64,000 nucleotides of DNA from an uncultured Actinomycetota bacterium. GTDB taxonomy: Bacteria; Actinomycetota; Actinomycetes; Streptosporangiales; Streptosporangiaceae. The notes under the pieces are model-generated. The model was not told the DNA's origin. It searched no databases and saw only the letters and a program-made list of their open reading frames with translations. The position numbers were made by a program, and so were the translations under genes. Every line of letters starts with the position of its first letter. Positions within the stretch are counted from its first letter, which is position 1. The stretch is taken from the NCBI GenBank assembly GCA_963815375.1, contig CAWFGX010000003.1, positions 6,182-70,181 on the forward strand. The letters are read 5' to 3'. This document shows positions 28,175 to 37,890 of this stretch, one piece after another.

Positions 28175-28813
28175 GTGGTCACTGGAAGCGCCCGAGAATT
28201 CCTGGCTGCGACCGCTGGCGCCGCGGGCGCGCTGACCGGCCTGCTGTTCGTTGCCCTGTCAGTGACACCGCGCCAGCGGCACGCCTCGCTGCCTGCGGTC
28301 ATCCTTCAGGTCCGCTCGGCAGCAGCCATGCTGGCGTTCAGCAACGCGCTGGCCGTTGCACTGTTCAGCCTGGTGCCGGATACCAACGCCGGGTGGCCGT
28401 CGACCGTCCTGGGCATCATCGGCATCCTGTTCACCGCGGCAGCAGTCCGGTCCATCCTGTCCAGCGCGGCCACGTCCCGCGACCAGGTGCGGCAGCTGGA
28501 ACTTATCTCGCTGCTCCTGGCGATCTTCGGAACCGAGCTGGTCGCGGGCCTTGTCGCCCTGGCCAGGCCGAACAGCACCACACCGGTCGAGGTCATCGGC
28601 TATGCCCTGGTCGCCTCTCTCCTCATGGGGATCGGCCGGGCGTGGGAGCTTGTCAGCGACAGGGAAACCGGGGTTCTCAGCTCGATTGCCGTGCTGGCCG
28701 GCCACGCGGCAGACAACCAGGGCACTGCTGCTCCCGGATCCGCGCCGGGGCCGACAGCGGGCGGCATGGGAGGCGACGGCGCTCCCCAGCAGGCACCCGA
28801 GCCGCGTGAGTGA
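28175..28813 (+). CDS. Integral membrane protein, unknown function
   Basis: It has about five hydrophobic helices and a Gly/Ala/Pro-rich tail. GC3 is high. Confidence 0.55.
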   Translation: MVTGSAREFLAATAGAAGALTGLLFVALSVTPRQRHASLPAVILQVRSAAAMLAFSNALAVALFSLVPDTNAGWPSTVLGIIGILFTAAAVRSILSSAATSRDQVRQLELISLLLAIFGTELVAGLVALARPNSTTPVEVIGYALVASLLMGIGRAWELVSDRETGVLSSIAVLAGHAADNQGTAAPGSAPGPTAGGMGGDGAPQQAPEPRE

Positions 28814-28834
28814 GGACTTGAGCGCGGGCGAACC

Positions 28835-29656
28835 TCAGCGGGCCGGGCGCTCAGCCACCACGTGAAGCTGGGCCGCGACAGCCCGGTACGGATCTGTGCG
28901 CCCGGCCTGTTCCTCGCAGTCCAGGATCTGCGCGAGCGTTCCCGCACCGGGCACTGGGGCGTCGTCCGCGGCCAGGTCCGTGAACACCCGCACGCCATAC
29001 CAGGCCAGAACGTTCAGGTGATGCGCTGCCATGCGGGCAGTCAGGTCGTCCCGGCGGTCGGCACGGGCGTCCACACCCAGCCGGTTGACGTACCCAGTTC
29101 CGTTGAATGCCGCGGCCGCCGCCGCCCAGTCGCCGGCCAGCCCAGGGCGCATCGCCAGCGCGTCGCCGTTGCGGGCCAGCAGCGACACGATGGCGCCGGG
29201 CGCGGCCGCGTAAGCCACGGCCGCGAGCACCGGCTCGGGATCTGGGAGGTACATCAGAACGCCGTGACACAGCACGACATCGAAGCCGGCCAACTCCACC
29301 GTGGCGGCGGTGTCCCGGACATCACCGCGAACGATGCGGACCCGGTCCCGCACCTGCGCCGGCTCGGCGCGCAGCGACCGGTCCAGATCAGCCAGCAGGG
29401 CCTCGGAGCTGTCCAGCCCGGTCACGACGTGCCCGGCCCGGGCCAGGCGCAGCAGCAGGGTGCCCTGGCCACAGCCGAGGTCGATGACTCGCAGGCCGGC
29501 CCGGTCCGGAAGGTGCGCAGCGAGCTGCCGCGCCAGGAGTTCATGGCGGACGACCTGCCGCAGTGTTGCGAGCCGGGCTAGCCACATCCCCTCGCCAGCC
29601 GTGAATGCCATGCTCAACAGCTTTCTCCCGTCTCCGTCTCGCTCGGGTGACGGCAC
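28835..29656 (-). CDS. Class I SAM-dependent methyltransferase
   Basis: Motif I VIDLGCGQG and the post-I acidic residue GLDSS. An alternative ATG start is at 29611. Confidence 0.85.
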   Translation of the reverse strand: MPSPERDGDGRKLLSMAFTAGEGMWLARLATLRQVVRHELLARQLAAHLPDRAGLRVIDLGCGQGTLLLRLARAGHVVTGLDSSEALLADLDRSLRAEPAQVRDRVRIVRGDVRDTAATVELAGFDVVLCHGVLMYLPDPEPVLAAVAYAAAPGAIVSLLARNGDALAMRPGLAGDWAAAAAAFNGTGYVNRLGVDARADRRDDLTARMAAHHLNVLAWYGVRVFTDLAADDAPVPGAGTLAQILDCEEQAGRTDPYRAVAAQLHVVAERPAR

Positions 29657-29749
29657 TCCCCTAATTTAGCATTGCGGTACTAGCATCTTCGTATTAGTAT
29701 GATTGTGCTATGAATGCAGCGTCTACACCACATCCCAGGGGGAGTCACC

Positions 29750-30472
29750 ATGCCCGTTGAGCCCATCGCGCCGGTCGGGAACAACACCGCGGCCCGTCGC
29801 CGGTCCCGCTTCAGCGTGCCGCGCGGGCTGATCGCCGGAACGCTGGCCGCTGCCGCCCTGGTGTGGGTGCCGTACGCGTTCATTCCCGGAGCGAGCCTTC
29901 TGTCCGCACTTGTGCAGAGCGGCATTTACCTGGGGCTGCTCGTGCTCACCATCTGCAGCCGCCGGGCCAAGGTCCTTCTCGTCCGCACGTTGCAGCGGTA
30001 CATCATGAACCCGCTGTTCCGGCTGATGGTCACTGTCGGTATCAACCCGTTCGGGCTGGCGATCCTCGAAACCCGGGGGCATGCGTCCGGGAAGATCCGC
30101 AGGGTTCCGGTCGGCAACGGCCGCAAGGGCGACTCGTTCTGGATCATCGCAGAACACGGCACCCGGGCCGGCTATGTGCGCAACATCCAGCACGACCCCC
30201 ATGTCCGGGTGCGGCTGCGCATCGGACTGCGCTACCGCTGGGTGCCTGGCATCGCCACCGTGTGCCCTGACGATGACCCGCTCGCACGCCAGCGGCAGAT
30301 CATCGCCTGGCATCCGCTGCGCGCACTGAACGCGGTCAACGTGCGCGTGCTCGGTGCCGACCTGCTCACCGTGCACGTCCAGCTCAACACCGCCCCAGCG
30401 GGGCACCACAGCGGACCCGCCCCCTCGGTCGGACGCGGAAGCTCGGTCGGCGAGGCCTGCTGTGTCCGCTGA
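29750..30472 (+). CDS. Deazaflavin (F420)-dependent nitroreductase family protein (Ddn/DUF385-like) with an N-terminal TM segment
   Basis: NPLFRLMV...GLAILETRGHASGKIRRVPV...FWIIAEHGTRAGYVRNI. The ATG at 29750 is preceded by GGGGGAG. Confidence 0.75.
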   Translation: MPVEPIAPVGNNTAARRRSRFSVPRGLIAGTLAAAALVWVPYAFIPGASLLSALVQSGIYLGLLVLTICSRRAKVLLVRTLQRYIMNPLFRLMVTVGINPFGLAILETRGHASGKIRRVPVGNGRKGDSFWIIAEHGTRAGYVRNIQHDPHVRVRLRIGLRYRWVPGIATVCPDDDPLARQRQIIAWHPLRALNAVNVRVLGADLLTVHVQLNTAPAGHHSGPAPSVGRGSSVGEACCVR

Positions 30473-30483
30473 ATCACAGGCAA

Positions 30484-32592
30484 TTAAAGCGTCAGGCCTG
30501 GCTCGAGGTGGGCAATGGCCTGGTCGATGAGGGCGGGGAGGTCGGCGTCGGGGTCGTCGGTGATGGCAGCGGAGACGGCCATGGCCGCCCCGACAACGGC
30601 CCCGGCGACCGTGCGGACGGTGAAGTCGTCGGGGTGGCGTCCGGCGCGTTCGGCCATGGTGCGGGCGAGCAGCTGCATGGCGTGGGAGATCCGGTCGAGC
30701 ATGGCGGCCCGCAGCCTGGGGACCGTCAAAGTCAGCGCGATCCGCTCTCTCTGCTCGGCGCGCTGCTGGGCGGTCATGCCAGCGAAAGCCGTGGCGAATG
30801 CGGCCCGCAAGGCCGGGGCGAGGGCAAGCTGGGCCGGCTGCTCCTGCAGTGCCCGCAGGAGCACAGGGTCGTAGTCGTCGTCAAAGACCACGTCTTCCTT
30901 GGTGGGGAAGTAGCGAAAGAACGTGGTCTCGGAGACATCGGCGGCTTCGATGATCTGCTCGATAGTGGTGGCGTCATAGCCCTGCTCACGGAACAGGCGC
31001 AACGCGCAGGCCTGGATCGTGGCGCGGGTCCGGGCCTTCTTGCGCTCCCGCAGCCCTGGCCGGGCTGGGCTGGGATCTGAGCCGGCTGTATCGGTCACAG
31101 TGGTCCTCCGGGGCAAGAATGCCAGTGTCAGGAGTATGCCGGCGGCGGCAATCCCGGCGGAGGCGATCAGCGAGACGTCCATACCCCCGGTGAAGGCATC
31201 GCGTACGGACCGGGCGAGCGCAGCCGATCCCAGCCGGCCGGCAGCGGCTACGCCGTCGTAGACGCTCTGACGGGACGCGGCGAGCGCGGCCGGCGGCAAT
31301 CCGTGCAGGCCGAGGCGGGCCTGGTAGCCCGCGGCGAGGACACTGCCCATGATGGCAGTGCCGAGTGGGCCAGCGGTCTTCTGGAACGCCTGGACCACGG
31401 CGGAGCCGGTACCGCTGCGTTCTGGTGACAGCCGGGACAGCGCCGTGGCGGTCGCGGCGGTGAGCGTCAGGCCGGTCCCCGCGCCCAGCACGGCCATCCA
31501 GACCGCGATGAACGCAGCCGGTGTGGCCGTTCCCGTGGTCGCGCCGGCTGCGGCGCCGGCAGCGAGGAGGCTGAAGCCCAGCGTCACCGTGAGCTTGGTT
31601 CCGCCTGCCCGGGCGAGCGCGCTGGCTGGCAAGGCGCCCGCGATGAGACCTCCGATCAGCGGGAGCAACTCCAGACCCGAGCCGAGCGCGCTGGCTCCCT
31701 GAACGGCCTGGAAGTACTGCGGCATGACGAACAGCACGCCAATCATGGCGAGCCCGGCTACTCCGCCCAGCACTGCTCCCCAGGTGAAGGAGGCGGAACG
31801 GAACAGCCCCGGGTCGATCAGCGGCGTGCCGCCCCGGCTGCCGAGCCAGCATTCCCGCACCGTGAACGCGGCGAGGGCGGCAAGTCCAGCGGCCATCAGC
31901 GCCAGGGCGGCGGGATCGCTCCAGCCATCCTGGCCCGCCTGGACCAGCCCGTAGGTCGCCGCGACCAGGCCGGCGGCCGAGATGATGATGCCGAGTGGGT
32001 CGAGCGCTGGCCGCTGCGCCGCCCGTGACTCTGGGATCAGGGCGAAGGCGGCGATCAGGCCGACGGCGACGATGGGCACGTTGAGCAGGAAGACCCACCC
32101 CCACCACAGCCGCGTAAGCATCCAGCCCCCGAGCACTGGCCCGGCAGGCAGGCCGAGGAAGTTAGCTGCCTCGTAGATTCCGACCGCCCTGGATCGCTCG
32201 GCGTCGCTGAACAAGACGGTGAGCGCGGACATGGCCATGACCGTGACCCCCGACCCGGCCAGGCCCATGAGCAGCCGGGCGATGAGGAATACACCCGGCG
32301 ACGGCGCCTCGGCGCACAGAACGGAGCCGGCACCGAACGCTGCCAGGCAGCCGGCCAGGAGCTTCTTGCGCCCGAACCGGTCGCCGAACAGCCCGGCCGG
32401 GAGCACGGCTGCTGCCAGCAGCATCAGGTAGCCGGACTGGAACCATTCCAGGTCGGTCTCTGTGGCGTGAAGCGCCCCGGCCAGCGTAGGCAGCGCCACC
32501 GACAGAACTGTGCCGTCCACCGTCACCGCCAGGACGCTCAGGCTGACGGCGCCAAGTGCCCACCAGCGCCGCGCTCCGGTCCTGGCTGGCAC
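30484..32592 (-). CDS. MFS (DHA2/EmrB-like, 14-TM) transporter fused in frame to a complete C-terminal TetR regulator domain
   Basis: N-terminal MFS motifs (LPTLAGAL..., GDRFGRKK) and about 14 helices. After a linker of about 20 aa comes a TetR HTH (RERKKARTRATIQACALRLFREQGYDATTIEQIIEAADVSETTFFRYFPTKEDV) plus a ligand-binding domain of about 140 aa. There is no intervening stop. Confidence 0.8.
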   Translation of the reverse strand: MPARTGARRWWALGAVSLSVLAVTVDGTVLSVALPTLAGALHATETDLEWFQSGYLMLLAAAVLPAGLFGDRFGRKKLLAGCLAAFGAGSVLCAEAPSPGVFLIARLLMGLAGSGVTVMAMSALTVLFSDAERSRAVGIYEAANFLGLPAGPVLGGWMLTRLWWGWVFLLNVPIVAVGLIAAFALIPESRAAQRPALDPLGIIISAAGLVAATYGLVQAGQDGWSDPAALALMAAGLAALAAFTVRECWLGSRGGTPLIDPGLFRSASFTWGAVLGGVAGLAMIGVLFVMPQYFQAVQGASALGSGLELLPLIGGLIAGALPASALARAGGTKLTVTLGFSLLAAGAAAGATTGTATPAAFIAVWMAVLGAGTGLTLTAATATALSRLSPERSGTGSAVVQAFQKTAGPLGTAIMGSVLAAGYQARLGLHGLPPAALAASRQSVYDGVAAAGRLGSAALARSVRDAFTGGMDVSLIASAGIAAAGILLTLAFLPRRTTVTDTAGSDPSPARPGLRERKKARTRATIQACALRLFREQGYDATTIEQIIEAADVSETTFFRYFPTKEDVVFDDDYDPVLLRALQEQPAQLALAPALRAAFATAFAGMTAQQRAEQRERIALTLTVPRLRAAMLDRISHAMQLLARTMAERAGRHPDDFTVRTVAGAVVGAAMAVSAAITDDPDADLPALIDQAIAHLEPGLTL

Positions 32593-32610
32593 GATCCCCC
32601 CAAGGCGGTG

Positions 32611-32632
32611 GTTACCTCTAAATAGAGGTTAC
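32611..32632. promoter_or_regulatory. Candidate TetR operator (22-bp palindrome, nested in a larger inverted repeat)
   Basis: GTTACCTCTA-AA-TAGAGGTTAC with 9 of 10 arm positions complementary. It is flanked by GGCGGTGGTTACC (32605-32617) and GGTAACCGCC (32644-32653). It lies 19 nt upstream of the fusion gene's GTG, in an AT-rich patch. Confidence 0.5.
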
Positions 32633-32708
32633 TACCTTTTATTGGTAACCGCCTAAGAGTCCACCGTGCCGTCATGCCAGGTAGGTGCAGGTGCACTAAG
32701 GTCAGATC

Positions 32709-33680
32709 GTGGCCAGCGGGGATTTGGACGTCCTGGTGATCGGGGCTGGCGTATCCGGGCTGACTACAGCGATCTGCCTGGCCGAAGCGGGGGGCAACGT
32801 GGGGGTCGCTGCCGCGGACCCGCCGCAGCGGACAACGTCGGTGGCGGCCGGGGCTGTGTGGGGCCCGCACCTCGTAGGGATGGACGAGCGCGTCGGCCGG
32901 TGGGGCAGCGTGACGCTGGCCAGGCTGACTGAGCTGGCCGCCGACCCAGCCGCCACGGGCATACGGCTGGCCAGCGGCCTCGCCGCATCAAGCGTGCCGC
33001 TGGCCGAGCCGTTCGACTGGGTCGCCATGGTCGACGGCGTGCGCCCGTGCGACCCGGCGAAGCTGCCCGCCGGGTACATAGCCGGGTGGCAGCTGACCGT
33101 GCCGATCGTGTCCATGCCCGTCTACCTCGGCTACCTGCTGGCCAGGCTGGAGCGCGCCGGCGGCAAGATGCGCGAGGCCAGGTTCGGCTCACTGCCAGAG
33201 GCAGCCGACATGACAGGCGCGACGACGATCGTGAACTGCTCCGGCGCCGGGGCGGCGCGCCTGGTTCCGGATTCTGAAGTGGTTCCGGTGCGCGGCCAGG
33301 TCGTGGTCGTCGCGAACCCGGGCATCTCGGAGTTCTTCGTGGGCGTCGGCGATGACCCTGGCGACAGCTGCTACTTCTTCCCGCACGGCGACACTGTGGT
33401 CCTCGGCGGGACCGAAGACCACGGCAACTGGAACCTCCAGCCCGACCCGGTGACCGCCGAGCGCATCCTGCGCCGCTGCGCATCGACCGAGCCGCGGCTA
33501 GCCGGGGCTCTGGTCACCGGGCACCGGGTGGGCCTGCGGCCGGTGCGGCCCAGCGTCCGCCTGGAGGCTGAGAGCACCGGCAACGGGCGCCGTGTCGTGC
33601 ACAACTACGGGCACGGCGGCGCCGGGGTCACGCTGTCCTGGGGCTGCGCGCTCGACGTGGCCGCCGAGATCCTCGGCTGA
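32709..33680 (+). CDS. FAD-dependent oxidoreductase, D-amino-acid oxidase type
   Basis: VLVIGAGVSGLTTA dinucleotide-binding motif and HNYGHGGAGVTLSWGCA near the C-terminus. Confidence 0.85.
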   Translation: MASGDLDVLVIGAGVSGLTTAICLAEAGGNVGVAAADPPQRTTSVAAGAVWGPHLVGMDERVGRWGSVTLARLTELAADPAATGIRLASGLAASSVPLAEPFDWVAMVDGVRPCDPAKLPAGYIAGWQLTVPIVSMPVYLGYLLARLERAGGKMREARFGSLPEAADMTGATTIVNCSGAGAARLVPDSEVVPVRGQVVVVANPGISEFFVGVGDDPGDSCYFFPHGDTVVLGGTEDHGNWNLQPDPVTAERILRRCASTEPRLAGALVTGHRVGLRPVRPSVRLEAESTGNGRRVVHNYGHGGAGVTLSWGCALDVAAEILG

Positions 33681-33691
33681 CGAGCCGGGCC

Positions 33692-34477
33692 TCAGAAGCC
33701 GGGGAAGATCGCGCGCAGCCGGTCCAGGTCGGCTGGCTCCCCCGCGACCGCGGACGGGGTGTGCTCGGAGTCGAGCCTGCCGTAGGCCAGCCGCAGCAGC
33801 GCCTCAGCCGGCATCCGGACCTCGCCGTCCGCACCGCCGCCGTCACCGGGCCAGTCGGTCATGCTGACGGCGTCCGCGGCGGTGAGCAGGTAGTCCCGTT
33901 CTGGATCTGATGTCTGGATTCGGATACGGAACGGGATGTCAGGTGCCTTGCCCAGCCTCGGGGCGAGGAACTGCGGCACATTATCGATCAGCAGCGACAC
34001 CGCGTCCGGCGACACCGTGGCCTTGGGATCGAAGGTCACGGCAACGTCCCAGGTATGCAGCGCATGCTCGCCGAGCCGAAGCCGGACCAGTCCGGCGGCG
34101 TCGAGGATCATGCCCAGGAACGGGAGGCTGATCCCGGCCAGATCGTCGTCGCTGAGCTGCTCAAGCGCCCGGATGTGTCTCTCGTCCGAGACGAGGCTGT
34201 CCGCGGCCTGCTCGTCGGGGGTCTTGGCATTCCAGGCGTCCCAGATCTCCTGGAAGGATTCCTGCCCGGCGGGCTCGGCGTCGCCCAGGGCGGCGGGCAG
34301 CCTGAGGAGCCCAATCTCCGCGCCGCTGCCGAGATGCGACAGCACCTGGGCCACGCTCCAATCGCTGTCGTACGACTGCGCGCGGAGCTGATCCGGGGTG
34401 AGCGGCGCGACCAGAGCCGCCAGCCGCTCATGCGAGTTCCGCAAGACGCCAATCCGGGCACGGGCATCGGTGGCCAT
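33692..34477 (-). CDS. MDMPI/DinB-like mycothiol-dependent enzyme family protein
   Basis: SYDSDWSVAQVLSHLGSGAE N-terminal motif. I chose the start at MATDARA. The maximal ORF runs to 34573. Confidence 0.7.
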   Translation of the reverse strand: MATDARARIGVLRNSHERLAALVAPLTPDQLRAQSYDSDWSVAQVLSHLGSGAEIGLLRLPAALGDAEPAGQESFQEIWDAWNAKTPDEQAADSLVSDERHIRALEQLSDDDLAGISLPFLGMILDAAGLVRLRLGEHALHTWDVAVTFDPKATVSPDAVSLLIDNVPQFLAPRLGKAPDIPFRIRIQTSDPERDYLLTAADAVSMTDWPGDGGGADGEVRMPAEALLRLAYGRLDSEHTPSAVAGEPADLDRLRAIFPGF

Positions 34478-34606
34478 TTGGCAACTCCGTTCTGAGCTCT
34501 GGCTGGTCTCCATAGCCTGCCAGGCGGGCGGGCCGGGAGCGGCGGCAGGGCCATGTCGCAAACTTCGTGTCAATAGTACTTCACACTTCTGCTGATCAAT
34601 CTAACA

Positions 34607-34624
34607 TGTCAATCGAACTTGACA
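34607..34624. promoter_or_regulatory. Inverted repeat TGTCAA-N6-TTGACA in a divergent promoter region
   Basis: The 6-nt arms are perfect, and another TGTCAA lies at 34568-34573. The patch is AT-richer and sits 18 nt upstream of the 34642 start. Confidence 0.3.
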
Positions 34625-34641
34625 CTAGCGGAGGTGCGAGG

Positions 34642-35793
34642 ATGCCACATCCACTGCCTATGGCCCACAAGCCTGACATTGACCCCCGCGACTATGCGGT
34701 GGAGTCGCGTTCCTGGGGGGAGGAGTTCACGATTCACCTCGTCAGCTACGAGGGCCGGTATTACGTGTGGACCAGCCGGCCATGGGACGACGGCGAGCAG
34801 GCCTTTGAGATGCCGTCGGTGGACGCTGCTCGCAGCTTCCTGGACGCTGAGTTCGCCTTCCTGCTCGAAGCCACCTCCTGGGGTGAGCGTGTGGCCTCGG
34901 TAAACGTCTGGGAGGAGGGCAGCGGCCAGATACTTTTCAGCGCTGAAGTGCTCGACGGTGCCGATGACGGAATCTGGCTGGCAACGTCGGAGGCGGACGG
35001 AGAGGACAATTCGTACGCGCTAGCCGGGTTCGGCAACCTCGGCGACGCCGTCGAGGCTTTTGCGGCACGGACTGAGCAGGCCGCAGGCAAGGTCGAGCAG
35101 CTTGACATCGGCTGGCCTCAGATTTCGGCTAAATACCTGCGGTACCGTGCGGCCACCGCGCGGGCGGGTGCCGCACGAGCCTCCCTCGGAGATGCCATCC
35201 GGCGCAGTCGCGGGCGCATCCGGGCTGAGCGGGCCGTCAGCCGGGTGGCATCAACCGCTGGGGTCTCCCGTGAGTTCCTCTACCACGTCCTCGCCGGAGA
35301 CGACTGGACATGGAAGGGACTGACGCCCGTGCGGAAGGACGTGTCACCACCACACCGGCGGCCCGCCCGCCTGGACCCGGCCACGCTCGAGCCCCCGGCC
35401 TCGGCGCGCTGGTCTGCCCGCGTCATGCTCGCGATCGAGGCAGCCAGCAAGGAGCAGGCCAGGATGAGCGCGAGCACCGTGCTCGAGCCGATGAACGTCG
35501 CCGCCACAGTCTCAGGACCGGTAGCCGGGGTGCTGCCTGACGGGCTATGGGCGGTGCAAGCCGATATCGAGTTCCCGGCGATGACAATAGAACCGGACGA
35601 CGCGCAGACGCGGCTGAGCTACCTCAGCGGCCACTTCGACGGCGTGACCTGGACCAGCAAGCTGGGCGACCGGGGCGGCAGATACGACTGGCCTCCGAAT
35701 ATCTGGTCACAGCAGCCCGGAGTGACCGAGGTCCTGGGGGATCCGGCGATCCGGGCCGCGTCAATCCAGGTGACCGCTGACGACGCCAGCTAG
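34642..35793 (+). CDS. Hypothetical protein (383 aa), orphan-like, with a possible internal HTH
   Basis: The ATG at 34642 is preceded by GGAGGTG. GC3 is high. I recognise no family. VSRVASTAGVSREFLYHVLAG looks HTH-like. Confidence 0.55.
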   Translation: MPHPLPMAHKPDIDPRDYAVESRSWGEEFTIHLVSYEGRYYVWTSRPWDDGEQAFEMPSVDAARSFLDAEFAFLLEATSWGERVASVNVWEEGSGQILFSAEVLDGADDGIWLATSEADGEDNSYALAGFGNLGDAVEAFAARTEQAAGKVEQLDIGWPQISAKYLRYRAATARAGAARASLGDAIRRSRGRIRAERAVSRVASTAGVSREFLYHVLAGDDWTWKGLTPVRKDVSPPHRRPARLDPATLEPPASARWSARVMLAIEAASKEQARMSASTVLEPMNVAATVSGPVAGVLPDGLWAVQADIEFPAMTIEPDDAQTRLSYLSGHFDGVTWTSKLGDRGGRYDWPPNIWSQQPGVTEVLGDPAIRAASIQVTADDAS

Positions 35794-35905
35794 CAGGCCA
35801 TGGAGGCGACCGGAGGCGGGCGAGGCTCAGGTGCACGGTGAGAACGTCGCAGCCGGCCAGATCCAGGCTGGAACGCGCCATGGCCCGGGATCTAGAGTTT
35901 GACGC

Positions 35906-36829
35906 ATGAAGATCGGTATCGGCGCCCCGGTGTCAGGTGCCTGGGCGACACCGGAAAACCTTGCCGACTTCCCCGCCCGAGCCGAGAAAGCTGGCTACGC
36001 GTCTGTGTGGAGCTTCCAGCGGCTTCTGGTGCCAGAAGGTTCTGGCATGGAGCCGGTGTACCACAGCGTGCTCGACCCGATGGCCGCTCTGGCCTACGCG
36101 GCCGCCAGCACGTCGACGATCAGACTCGGCGTGGCCGTGGTCAACCATCCGTACGTCTCCCCCGCCTACCTGGCGAAGCAGGCAGCCACCGTGGACATCC
36201 TGTCCCACGGACGGCTTGACCTCGGCATCGGCATTGGCTGGATGCCGGAGGAGTTCACGGCGCTCGGGGCGACGATGGCCGGCCGGGGACGGCGGACGGA
36301 GGAGTACATCGCGGTGCTCCGCGAGCTCTGGTCAGGGGGCCTCAGCGAGTTCGCCGGGGAGTTCTACCAGGTCCCGCGAGGGATCGTGGAGCCGAAGCCA
36401 GTGCAGCCTGGCGGTCCGCCGGTGCTGCTCGGCGGCATGGCCCGGCCAGCGCTGGAGCGGGCGGGCAGGATCGCCGACGGCTGGGTGACGTCCAGCCGCG
36501 CCGACCTGACCCGGATCGCCGAGGGCATCGCGGTCATCCGCGAGTCCGCGCAGATGGCCGGGCGCGACCCGGACGCGATACGGATCATCTGCCGTGGCGT
36601 GGTGCGCGCCGGGGCGCTGCCGGCGGCTCCAGGTGATGGCCGGAGATTGCTGGCCGGCAGTGACGAGCAGATCCGTGCCGATACCGCCTGGCTGGGGGAC
36701 CAGGGGGTCACCGAGGTCTTCTACGACCTCAACTGGGACCCGCAGGTGGGGTCCCCAGACGCTGACCCTTCCGCAGCCGCGGAGCGGGCCCGCGAGATCC
36801 TCGATGCGCTCGCCCCAGCGAGCCACTGA
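35906..36829 (+). CDS. LLM-class F420-dependent oxidoreductase
   Basis: MKIGIGAP..., RLDLGIGIGW and the usual LLM layout. 307 aa. Confidence 0.85.
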   Translation: MKIGIGAPVSGAWATPENLADFPARAEKAGYASVWSFQRLLVPEGSGMEPVYHSVLDPMAALAYAAASTSTIRLGVAVVNHPYVSPAYLAKQAATVDILSHGRLDLGIGIGWMPEEFTALGATMAGRGRRTEEYIAVLRELWSGGLSEFAGEFYQVPRGIVEPKPVQPGGPPVLLGGMARPALERAGRIADGWVTSSRADLTRIAEGIAVIRESAQMAGRDPDAIRIICRGVVRAGALPAAPGDGRRLLAGSDEQIRADTAWLGDQGVTEVFYDLNWDPQVGSPDADPSAAAERAREILDALAPASH

Positions 36830-36858
36830 CCGGCCGTGACCGGGTTTGGGGGTCCTCT

Positions 36859-37881
36859 ATGGACAGGGTCCGCATTGGAGCGCTGAGCGCGGCGCGGATC
36901 ACGCCTCTGGCGCTGATCACCCCGGCGCGGTATCTCCCTGAGACTCTGGTGACCGCGGTGGCGGCGCGGGACCGCGCGCACGCCGAGATGTTCGCGCGCG
37001 AGAACGGCATCCCGATGGTGCACGAGTCCTACGAGGCGCTGATCGCGGACCCTGACATCGACGCCATCTACAACCCGCTGCCCAATTCGCTGCACGCCCG
37101 GTGGACGCTGGCGGCGATCGACGCGGGCAAGCACGTGCTGTGCGAGAAGCCGTTCACCTCTAACGCCGGTGAGGCGCGCGAGGTGGCCGCCGCAGCCCGC
37201 CACGCTGGCCTTGTGGTCATGGAGGCCATGCACTACCGCTACCACCGGCTGGCTCAGACCATGGTGAACCAGCTGCCGGTGCTCACCGGCCAGAATGCCG
37301 GAAGCCCGCACGGGATCCGGCACATTCAGTGCGCGGTCAGCTTCCCGCTGGCGAGCACGACGGATATCCGCTACAGCTACGGGCTCGCCGGCGGGGCGAC
37401 GATGGACGCCGGATGTTACGCGCTCGATCTCATCCAGCTGCTCGGCCCGGGCAGGCCGACGGTAATTACGGCGTTCGCCACGGAACAGGCCCCGAACGTC
37501 GACCAGACCATGGCTGCGTTCCTGCGGTTCCCGGCCGGCGCAACCGCGTGGCTGGACCTGTCGTTCACCCCGCCGGATGCCAGGCTCCGCGCGGACGTGC
37601 ACGTGATCGGCTCCAATGGCCAGATGACCGTGCTGAACTTCATCCACCCGCACCTGGGGTACCGGATGACGACGAGCACTGCACACCACACCGAGTCGGT
37701 GACCGCAGAGCCAGCCGCGTCTGCCGAGACGACCTACCTCGGCCAGCTGCGCGCGTTCGCCGGCGCGGTGCTGCGTGGTGAGCGGTTCCCGACCACCGCC
37801 GAGCGCGCGACCGTAACGATGGAGCTGATCGACGACATCTACCGCGCCGCCGGGCTCCCGCTCCGCCCGGCGGGCCTGTGA
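36859..37881 (+). CDS. Gfo/Idh/MocA family oxidoreductase
   Basis: VRIGALSAARI N-terminal Rossmann fold and the EKP motif (VLCEKPF). Confidence 0.85.
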   Translation: MDRVRIGALSAARITPLALITPARYLPETLVTAVAARDRAHAEMFARENGIPMVHESYEALIADPDIDAIYNPLPNSLHARWTLAAIDAGKHVLCEKPFTSNAGEAREVAAAARHAGLVVMEAMHYRYHRLAQTMVNQLPVLTGQNAGSPHGIRHIQCAVSFPLASTTDIRYSYGLAGGATMDAGCYALDLIQLLGPGRPTVITAFATEQAPNVDQTMAAFLRFPAGATAWLDLSFTPPDARLRADVHVIGSNGQMTVLNFIHPHLGYRMTTSTAHHTESVTAEPAASAETTYLGQLRAFAGAVLRGERFPTTAERATVTMELIDDIYRAAGLPLRPAGL

Positions 37882-37890
37882 TCAGGACTG

